Positions 24,920 through 32,000 of a DNA stretch of 32,000 nt are shown here, piece by piece. The DNA is from Acholeplasma laidlawii PG-8A (lineage in GTDB: Bacteria; Bacillota_I; Bacilli_A; Acholeplasmatales; Acholeplasmataceae): assembly GCF_000018785.1 (NCBI RefSeq), contig NC_010163.1:870001-902000 (forward strand). Reading direction: 5' to 3'. Position numbers and translations under genes: made by a program. The notes below the pieces were generated by a model that made no database searches, had not been told where the DNA came from, and saw only the letters and a list, made by a program, of their open reading frames with translations. The first letter of the stretch is position 1; every line of letters begins with the position of its first letter.

Positions 24920-27900
24920 TTGAACTATTTCCTTTGATTTTTATAAATAGCCTATCTGCAGTAATTGGTTTATACATATCACCTTGAATGTATTTGATGC
25001 CTAAACTATGAAGTACTTCTTTGTGTTCAGGTGACTTTACATCTCTAATGATAACTGCCATGTGATGATTTAGGAACAATTGGTGCATACTTTGAATATA
25101 TTGGTTCCATTTATCGTCCGTAGATTTAAAGTCCAGATGAAGTGCATTAAATGGATAGGAAAGGGCAGTTTCCACAGATGTTGTATCCAGTCCAATACCC
25201 GTATTGGCAAGTTCTGATATTTGATTTAAGTGCTGATTGATTTTTATATTATCACCCTTGACTTTAAATCGAATAAATTCAAAGGGTATACTATATTGAT
25301 GAAACAACCCAAAGATATAAGGATTAAAGTCTACACTCGTAAATGTTTCTTTAGAAATTGGAATGGTAATTTTAATGAGCTTAGTTGTCTCTTTTTCGAG
25401 TGTATGTAAAAACTCACAGACCATCTTAATATGATGGTGTTCTAACGCTTCTAAACGATTACGTTTTTTAGCAATTGCGTGTAGGTATTTACTATCTACA
25501 GCAATATTTTCTAAGATAAGATCAGATTCATATTGCCAAATAACATTTCTATCTAAATCGATTATTTGCTCAAAAGCAAGTGATAGTTGATTGGTTTCAA
25601 TCGCTTGATTTAAGTAGTTAATGACTTGTTGTTCAAAGACTTCATTTTCATAGATAGAATGCTCATAGAATATATAGGGTTCATCACTTGCTTTTCTTCT
25701 TAAATAATCTAGTGATAATTCTAAATATCTAAATATCTTACTTGGTAGTTTTTCTTCTGTAACAACAGGATATCTAATCACAGCTATTTTCGGTTCAAAT
25801 TGTTCGTAGCTTATGACTACAGATTCCGTGTCATTTAAGTATTTAATATATGCTTTTAATAATCTTGTCACACTTCGTATATCATTTACAGGTACATATA
25901 CAAACAATTGGTTTGTACCATATCGGTAAACTGTACCATCTTCAAAGAACTTTTGACTACGTTGACCAAACTCTTTAAAGAATTTTAATGCAATATCACT
26001 ACCATAGATAGGTAAAATAGATTCATTAAATGATATGAGTAAAAATGAACCTTTATCTTTAATGTACTTTTCAAAGTTATTATGTAGCGCATTTAAATTT
26101 AAAAGCGATGTTTCAAAGTCCACTGTAGCTTCTTCAATGAGTTTCATACGTTCATCATAAATATGTGTAATATCATCAAAGATTGAAATTACATGAATTT
26201 CATCTTGAGTAGCGATTGAAACAAGTCTTTCTTTAATTTGTTTATCTAAATAAACGTAGGTGACTACATCCATTAAACCTGCTTTTTCAAATAATCTTTG
26301 AACTGAATGTTCATAAGCTTTAATTTCATGAACACCTAGATTTCTTAAAAACAGCTCAAATGGTAAGTGACTATCAACATTGAGTAATTTTTGACTTGCG
26401 ATATTATAAGTTGATTGATGATTCGTCATGATACGTAGGTTCATTAAGTTTGAGTCTAGGATATGTCTTAAAAACGTATTTTCAGTACGAATATTACCTA
26501 TTTTCTCTTCATCCTTTAAACTTCCATAGATGATGGTTGAAATACCTTTAAATAGGTCAAAAAAGGTTCCTGGATCTTGTATTTCATCTTTTAGATATAC
26601 CATGAAGGCACCTAAATCATAAAGGGCAAAACTATAAATATAGCCAACACTTTCATCATATGGTTTACCAGTTAATATATTTTTGGAATCCATAAATGAT
26701 TTTGGTGTACCAAAACGCTCTTGACCATCTTTTAAGACATTATGAATGATGGTGTCATAATAACTTTGAGGTATCAGTTGCTTATCGTAGAGTCTTTCTT
26801 TTTTATAATGATAGAGCATATCATCTTTACTGGTAAAGACGATAAAGTCTGTTGCATCTACTACTTCAGATACACGCATAAAAAAGAGTCTTAAGTATTC
26901 TCTATAGTGTTTGTTATCATGGATTTGATGAGCATACCCAAAGAGCTCAATTAAGGCATCCATGTGATAGATATTTTCCTTAACTGCTGAAACTTTAGGA
27001 GCTATACTTACTTGATGATCCGTGACCTTAATGCCTGAATCTTTCTTTTCTTCAATAACAGATTCATTTTTCTTTTGTTTCTTTAATTCTTTTTGAAGAT
27101 TTTTTAACTTCTTGGCATAATTATCATAAAGAAATTTGTTTTTAATTTCCTCATAAAAATTCATGAAAAGTTCATAGGATTTTAATCTAAATTCAGGTGA
27201 TTCTAACTCTATTTTCTCACTAAAATCGCCATCTAGAATTGCTAGTCTATGTGAATCCTTTTCATGTACATAAACTTCTAAAAGCGTCATAAATGCAGAC
27301 ATTTCATGTCTTTTATCTTGACGATATTGATTTGCGATTAATTTAGCTTCACTATACTGATTTAATTGTAGTAGTGTTTTTAAATATAGTGGTATATACG
27401 TTTGTTCATAATCTAATCTTTTGAGTTCAGCCATCAAAGTAATGGCTTTATTTGGTTCATTTTGATTTAAGTAATTCACTAAAAGATCTTTTAATAATGA
27501 TAGTTTTATGTCATTAGGTAATGTATCTTGTAGTAATCTTTCGATATCTTCAGTATAATTTTGATGGGTTATCTTTTTAAATTCTAATAAATTTAAATCA
27601 GCTAAATATCTTTTATTTACCGGTAGTACTTCTTTACGATCTTGAATATAGGCATATGCAATATCATATTTTTCTAAGTTCATAGCAGATAAATAAATCA
27701 GTTCATAAAGTACTTCTAATTCAGGATTTTGATGATGTTGAATCAACTTCTCATGATAAGCTATACCTTCATTTAATACGATTGGATATGCTTTTAGAGC
27801 ATAATAGGTTTTCATTAAATGGATAAAAACTGTTTGGTGTTCCAAAACAGTTAATGTCTTATGCTCTATGAAATTTAATATTTCAGCAACGGATTCTTGA

Positions 27901-27929
27901 CTTGGCTGAAGGTTTAATATCTCTTTCAC
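24909..27929 (-). CDS. Large signalling-type protein: TPR-like N-terminus, coiled coil, GAF-like, PAS-like, degenerate GGDEF, degenerate EAL
   Basis: 1006 aa. The GGDEF position reads RYGTNQLF (residues 669-676, nt 25925-25902). The EAL position reads QYESDLIL (ESD at nt 25529-25521). DDFGTG is replaced by LDTTSV and EGVE by RDVK, while the terminal QG(D/Y) is retained (IQGDMYKPI). The N-terminal ~290 aa are helical repeats followed by a Lys-rich coiled coil. Confidence 0.7.
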   Translation of the reverse strand: MKEILNLQPSQESVAEILNFIEHKTLTVLEHQTVFIHLMKTYYALKAYPIVLNEGIAYHEKLIQHHQNPELEVLYELIYLSAMNLEKYDIAYAYIQDRKEVLPVNKRYLADLNLLEFKKITHQNYTEDIERLLQDTLPNDIKLSLLKDLLVNYLNQNEPNKAITLMAELKRLDYEQTYIPLYLKTLLQLNQYSEAKLIANQYRQDKRHEMSAFMTLLEVYVHEKDSHRLAILDGDFSEKIELESPEFRLKSYELFMNFYEEIKNKFLYDNYAKKLKNLQKELKKQKKNESVIEEKKDSGIKVTDHQVSIAPKVSAVKENIYHMDALIELFGYAHQIHDNKHYREYLRLFFMRVSEVVDATDFIVFTSKDDMLYHYKKERLYDKQLIPQSYYDTIIHNVLKDGQERFGTPKSFMDSKNILTGKPYDESVGYIYSFALYDLGAFMVYLKDEIQDPGTFFDLFKGISTIIYGSLKDEEKIGNIRTENTFLRHILDSNLMNLRIMTNHQSTYNIASQKLLNVDSHLPFELFLRNLGVHEIKAYEHSVQRLFEKAGLMDVVTYVYLDKQIKERLVSIATQDEIHVISIFDDITHIYDERMKLIEEATVDFETSLLNLNALHNNFEKYIKDKGSFLLISFNESILPIYGSDIALKFFKEFGQRSQKFFEDGTVYRYGTNQLFVYVPVNDIRSVTRLLKAYIKYLNDTESVVISYEQFEPKIAVIRYPVVTEEKLPSKIFRYLELSLDYLRRKASDEPYIFYEHSIYENEVFEQQVINYLNQAIETNQLSLAFEQIIDLDRNVIWQYESDLILENIAVDSKYLHAIAKKRNRLEALEHHHIKMVCEFLHTLEKETTKLIKITIPISKETFTSVDFNPYIFGLFHQYSIPFEFIRFKVKGDNIKINQHLNQISELANTGIGLDTTSVETALSYPFNALHLDFKSTDDKWNQYIQSMHQLFLNHHMAVIIRDVKSPEHKEVLHSLGIKYIQGDMYKPITADRLFIKIKGNSSNEN

Positions 27930-28807
27930 TTGAATTGCTCAATTTCCTTTAGTTGTTCTAAAAAGTGGCCAGCTAAACTTAAATACTTGCCTGCAATCAT
28001 TTCAAAATCTAAATGAAGTTTCTCTGATAAATTAATTTCATGTTTATAGGTTGCAACAATATGCCATTGTAACACTTGATACATTCTATAAAAACGTATA
28101 TGTGCAAGTTCAAAAGCAGATGGTGTACGTTCTAGATAATAACCTAATAATTTTTCAGCATCTTTAAAATCAATGTTTCCAAACGATGCAATATCATAGT
28201 AAGGGTCATTTAATCCAGAAAATTCCCAATCTAATAAATAGATTTTATCCCCTGATTTCACTAAATTAGAGCGCTGTGCATCACCGTGGCATAGCACTTT
28301 AGGTAATTTAGAAAAATAAGCATCATATAATTTAAGCCATTGCATCTTAAGTGTATAATACGTAGTTGATGGCTCTTTTTTAAGAAGCTTTTCATATCTT
28401 CTTAAACGTTCTTTTAATCCATAGTCTTCACCAGGTAATTTAGCTTGATGAAGTGTTTTTAATGCATTAGCTACTAATGGATAATCTGTTTCTTCCATAC
28501 TAACAGATAGCGGTGTACCTTCTACATATTTTGAAACTTTAACACCTGTTTTAGAATCAAAATAAACTAATTCTGAGTTAAGATTTAAAGCTTTTGCTTG
28601 TTGAATATGCTTTTTTTCAATACTTGGTTTAACTAAAACTTCACCACCATCACCAATAATTCTAATGACATATGGTTGTTCTTTGACATAGACCAAGTAG
28701 GTGTAGTTACTCATACCTCCTTTAAATCTTGAATCTACTCTTACATCTATTTCATTTACTTGAAATACTCTTGTAGCTATTTCTACGATTTTATCTTCAA
28801 TCAACAT
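27926..28807 (-). CDS. Choline/ethanolamine-kinase-family (APH-fold) small-molecule kinase
   Basis: 293 aa. It has GGMSNYTY near the N-terminus, the Brenner motif CHGDAQRSNLV, and LLDWEFSGLNDPYYDIAS. Confidence 0.8.
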   Translation of the reverse strand: MLIEDKIVEIATRVFQVNEIDVRVDSRFKGGMSNYTYLVYVKEQPYVIRIIGDGGEVLVKPSIEKKHIQQAKALNLNSELVYFDSKTGVKVSKYVEGTPLSVSMEETDYPLVANALKTLHQAKLPGEDYGLKERLRRYEKLLKKEPSTTYYTLKMQWLKLYDAYFSKLPKVLCHGDAQRSNLVKSGDKIYLLDWEFSGLNDPYYDIASFGNIDFKDAEKLLGYYLERTPSAFELAHIRFYRMYQVLQWHIVATYKHEINLSEKLHLDFEMIAGKYLSLAGHFLEQLKEIEQFK

Positions 28808-29243
28808 TTATGATGCTCACTTTCTCTTTTTCGTATACTGCGTATGTCTTATTCTTTTGTCCGGTCAGGGCACCTGGGTTTATAAATATAATATTATCAA
28901 TACTTCTATAAAATGCGTCATGCGTATGTCCAAATATGCAGATGTCTGCACCCATTTCTTTAGCCATCATGATTAATTCATTTAAACCATACTTTACATT
29001 TTGAAGATGACCATGTGTCAGTAATATGTTTAAACCTTTAAATTCAATGAGTCTTTCGGTTGGTAAATCTAGGTAATAATCCGTATTACCTTTAACAGCA
29101 ATCATTTTAGCATTTTCAATAGTTTGTAAATCTAAACCTAAATCACCAGTATTTAGATGTAAATCAAATGTAGGTTCTCGTTTCAATACTTTTTCAAGTA
29201 CATCATTTCTTCCATGTATATCGCCAGTAATCAATAATTTCAT
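28797..29243 (-). CDS. YfcE/MJ0936-family metallophosphoesterase
   Basis: 148 aa. The motifs ITGDIHG, NTGDLG, VKGNTDY, LTHGH and IFGHTHD are present. RBS GGAGG lies 6 nt upstream of the ATG. Confidence 0.88.
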   Translation of the reverse strand: MKLLITGDIHGRNDVLEKVLKREPTFDLHLNTGDLGLDLQTIENAKMIAVKGNTDYYLDLPTERLIEFKGLNILLTHGHLQNVKYGLNELIMMAKEMGADICIFGHTHDAFYRSIDNIIFINPGALTGQKNKTYAVYEKEKVSIINVD

Positions 29244-29805
29244 CTTTAGCCTCCAAAAAGTTGTTCAAAGCATGTCTTCTATGCGAATGTTCATCTTTAT
29301 AAGTTGAACCTAATTCACCCAGTGTTTCTTGCTTACCATCTGGTATGAAGATTGGATCATAACCAAATCCCATACTCCCTTTTAAGTTTAAAGCTATATT
29401 GCCTAACATGTTGCCAACGTATGTAAATATTTTACCATCAGGAAACGCAATTGCAATCGCACATACAAATCTTGCTTGACGATTTTCCTTATTTTTTAGT
29501 ACATCTAATACTTTAATATTATTCACAGTATCACCTAATCCACTATACCGTTTCGAATAGATCCCTGGTAGGGGACTTATCGCTTCTATAATGATACCAG
29601 AATCATCTGCAATGGCCACTTGATTAAATCTTTTAGCAAATGCTCGTGCTTTAATCTGTGCATTTGCTTCAAAGGTTAATCCGGATTCTATAATTTCTTT
29701 TTCATCTATTTGAAAGTCTTTTAATAAAGTGATCTGATGTGGTTTTAAAATACTTTCCATTTCTATGAACTTATGATAATTATTTGATGCAAATATTATA
29801 TCCAT
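29203..29805 (-). CDS. rdgB: Non-canonical purine NTP pyrophosphatase (RdgB/HAM1 family)
   Basis: 200 aa. The motifs IIFASNNYHKFIE, FEANAQIKA, IADDSG and FGYDPIF are present. The last 41 nt overlap the phosphoesterase gene. Confidence 0.88.
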   Translation of the reverse strand: MDIIFASNNYHKFIEMESILKPHQITLLKDFQIDEKEIIESGLTFEANAQIKARAFAKRFNQVAIADDSGIIIEAISPLPGIYSKRYSGLGDTVNNIKVLDVLKNKENRQARFVCAIAIAFPDGKIFTYVGNMLGNIALNLKGSMGFGYDPIFIPDGKQETLGELGSTYKDEHSHRRHALNNFLEAKDEIIDYWRYTWKK

Positions 29806-29912
29806 ATATTCACCTTTATAAAATTTATATCATATATAATTATATCATTATTATGATAACTAATGGTTTTCTAGTATAATAGATTTATTAAATACGTTGA
29901 GGAGATAAGCAC

Positions 29913-31115
29913 ATGTATGACCATTTAGATGAAATAGAAAATGAATTTAAAGAAATTCATGAAGAACAGAAGAACAAGGATGAAGTAGATCCAAAAATGC
30001 AAAAAATTTATAGAAATAACCTATTCTTATACTTAGCGTATATGATACTACCAATTATTCTTTCTATATTTATTTTAATCGCATTAACTGATATCGACTT
30101 TTTCTTTCAAGATGTGAACGCTAGTGAATTTGCAATCACTAATGCAGTCAATGATGTCAATGGATTACTGATTGTCGATCCAAACAATTTTGAAAATCTT
30201 GATTCAGCTTATGAATCTTTCTTAATACCGGTTGGAGCAGATGGTACCCATATCATTTATGTACACGCTTCAGCAACCTTTATTACAGATACTGACTTCT
30301 TTGATTCCGTCTTAGAAGGCGATGTTTACACCTATACATTGAAGGCATCAGTGCTCAATGATATCATAGATGGAAACATAAAAAAATGGCCTAATAACGC
30401 CCAAATTAACTTCCATATACCCTATGATGATGTTTCACCACTAGTGGCAGGTTCTTCTGTTGACAATATCATCGAATTGACCAAAGAAAATTCAGTCCCA
30501 ACAGTAGCTTTAAATGCAATATTCGCGTTTACATTAATGTTAATTATTGCAATTCCGATGGTAATCATTTCTAAACCAATTTTAATTGGAGACTTCAATT
30601 TATTAAAGGTAGATAATGAAAGTGTTGGCACAGTTTTAGCAAAATCTGGTATTGGTGTGCTTTACATGTTTGGTGGTAATATTGCTGTTGGTATTCTTGT
30701 CATGGCGATTTCTACAATGTTTCAAATCCCTGATCAAGTATCTGCAAATCAGTTAGCAATTAATTTAATGTTAAAGTCACCTTACTTTATTTTAATGATT
30801 ATTACTGCTGTTGTTATTGGACCTATTGTTGAGGAATTGGTATTTAGAAAATCATTCTTTGGTTTAATTAAAAATGAAAACTGGGCACTTGTTATTTCTT
30901 CACTAGTGTTTGGATTAATCCACATCTCAACTGAAATTCTTACAGGCGATATTGGTATGGTGATTGTAAGTAGCTTACCATATATTGCAGGTGGATTTAT
31001 ATTTGGTTACATTTACATGATTAATAAGAAAAACATTGTGATACCGATCATTGCACACATGGGTTATAATTTAATATCTGTTTTAATGTCCATGTTCTTA
31101 CTTTATGTTTTATAA
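29913..31115 (+). CDS. CPBP-family intramembrane glutamic endopeptidase (CAAX protease/Abi-like) with an N-terminal extracytoplasmic extension
   Basis: 400 aa. The C-terminal core carries the motifs EELVFRK, FGLIH and HMGYN. The N-terminal part has one TM followed by a soluble segment of about 130 aa. RBS GAGGAG lies 8 nt upstream. Confidence 0.82.
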   Translation: MYDHLDEIENEFKEIHEEQKNKDEVDPKMQKIYRNNLFLYLAYMILPIILSIFILIALTDIDFFFQDVNASEFAITNAVNDVNGLLIVDPNNFENLDSAYESFLIPVGADGTHIIYVHASATFITDTDFFDSVLEGDVYTYTLKASVLNDIIDGNIKKWPNNAQINFHIPYDDVSPLVAGSSVDNIIELTKENSVPTVALNAIFAFTLMLIIAIPMVIISKPILIGDFNLLKVDNESVGTVLAKSGIGVLYMFGGNIAVGILVMAISTMFQIPDQVSANQLAINLMLKSPYFILMIITAVVIGPIVEELVFRKSFFGLIKNENWALVISSLVFGLIHISTEILTGDIGMVIVSSLPYIAGGFIFGYIYMINKKNIVIPIIAHMGYNLISVLMSMFLLYVL

Positions 31116-31148
31116 AAATAATAGCAGCCAAATTGGCTGCTATTTTTG
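31115..31148. terminator. Bidirectional intrinsic terminator (CPBP / ankyrin genes)
   Basis: The stem is ATAGCAGCC(A) / (T)GGCTGCTAT with a short loop. It is flanked by AAAAATA and TTTTTG. Confidence 0.8.
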
Positions 31149-31156
31149 TATCGTGC

Positions 31157-32000
31157 TTAAATGAGTTGTCTAAGTACATTAACACATGCACTTAACTTAT
31201 AGTGCTGTGCATAATCAAATGCGTTTTGCTTTAATCTGTCCTTTTTTAATAAATAGCCATTATCAATAAGTGTTCTAAGTTTTAAGTGATCTCTATTTAA
31301 TACTGCTAGTGTAAGTATTTGATCATTTAATAAATTTGTATAATCTGGCGATAACTGCCATTCTTTTAATAGTTCATAAATAACGATGTCATCATTAATT
31401 TTTGCTAGATTTAATGGTGTCTCATAGCGTCTATTATATATTTCAACATATGCATCATACTTTAGTAAAAGTTGGACAATGTCTTTTTGACCAAATCTTA
31501 CGGCGTTAAACAGTGGTGTTTCAAAGTGGTCATTTAATAAATTAGGATCTAATTTATGTTCTAAAAAGTGTTCTACCATAGATACATTGGTTGTTCTAGC
31601 AGCATAATGTAAAAACGAATCTTTATTACTGTCTAAATAAAAGTATGAAGTCTTAGCGTATTCTAAGAGATATGTAACTACATCCATATGTCCTGCAAGT
31701 ATTGCATAGTGTATTGGTAATCTATCTTCATTATTTTTAGCTTTAGGGTCTGCTTTATATTCAAGTAGTAATTTAACCATATCTAGATTACCCTTATGAG
31801 CTGCCAAATGTAAAACTGTTTCATCACGGTTATTTTTGATGTCTACACGTGCATATTTAGCTAATAGTTTTTTAGCAATATTTAGTTTAGCTTTTCTGGC
31901 ACAATCAAAAAGTGCAGTTTCTCCTAATTGATCTTTTAGATTTAAATCAATTTCTTGATTTAATAAATAATCAATAACATCCATACTACTGCCTAGTACT
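31157..32000 (-). CDS. Ankyrin-repeat protein (5' end probably outside the window)
   Basis: At least 6 tandem ~33-aa ANK repeats are visible (GETALFDCARKAKLNIAKKLLAKYARVDIKN, DETVLHLAAHKGNLDMVKLLLEYKADPKAKN, RLPIHYAILAGHMDVVTYLL...). The frame stays open upstream of the first ATG (31984) to the window edge, and the sequence there still looks repeat-like. Confidence 0.8.
   Translation of the reverse strand, partial: VLGSSMDVIDYLLNQEIDLNLKDQLGETALFDCARKAKLNIAKKLLAKYARVDIKNNRDETVLHLAAHKGNLDMVKLLLEYKADPKAKNNEDRLPIHYAILAGHMDVVTYLLEYAKTSYFYLDSNKDSFLHYAARTTNVSMVEHFLEHKLDPNLLNDHFETPLFNAVRFGQKDIVQLLLKYDAYVEIYNRRYETPLNLAKINDDIVIYELLKEWQLSPDYTNLLNDQILTLAVLNRDHLKLRTLIDNGYLLKKDRLKQNAFDYAQHYKLSACVNVLRQLI

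Noticed and set aside
1-32000. CRISPR arrays, rRNA genes, IS elements or transposases, prophage genes, and known multi-gene defence systems (RM, CBASS, TA pairs)
   Set aside because: No regularly spaced direct repeats, no rRNA-like sequence, and no transposase, integrase, methylase or nuclease signatures were recognised on either strand. Absence is judged by eye only.

Overview
This is an AT-rich, gene-dense bacterial chromosome segment read with the standard genetic code (TGA behaves as a stop). Its gene content looks like a low-GC Firmicutes or Mollicutes-type organism such as Acholeplasma or Erysipelotrichia, but that taxon call is inference only. Nearly all genes lie on the minus strand in tightly packed, often overlapping operons.

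The housekeeping core comprises:
- an NfeD/SPFH pair
- an M42 aminopeptidase
- galU
- the infC-rpmI-rplT operon, with a consensus promoter, a leader attenuator and a probable ATT start
- a heterodimeric ABC exporter with one degenerate ATP site
- an M24B aminopeptidase
- a phosphohexomutase
- coaX
- an MBL hydrolase
- rpmG, which is absent from the ORF track
- an ABC-F ATPase
- a NUDIX hydrolase
- tRNA-Lys(CUU)
- an S51 peptidase
- rdgB and a YfcE-like phosphoesterase
- a CPBP protease

The parts most worth a second look are:
1. A divergent cassette of an unlisted 57-aa signal-peptide propeptide gene and an Rgg/RNPP-type HTH regulator, with a perfect 16-bp palindrome abutting the peptide promoter (18678-19881).
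2. A six-gene minus-strand operon (23629-29805), five of whose genes overlap. It links rdgB, a phosphoesterase and a choline-kinase-fold kinase to a 1006-aa TPR/GAF/PAS protein with dead GGDEF and dead EAL domains, and to a 347-aa protein carrying an RNxxxxH HEPN-like motif.
3. Two unknown exported proteins coupled to the ABC exporter, one with an aerolysin-like amphipathic hairpin.
4. An orphan-promoter structured RNA of about 160 nt that looks 6S-like (2281-2473).
5. A frameshifted Ig-repeat surface protein.
6. An ankyrin-repeat protein.

No CRISPR array, IS element, integrase or rRNA was seen. All family calls rest on motifs recognised by eye. No database search was run.
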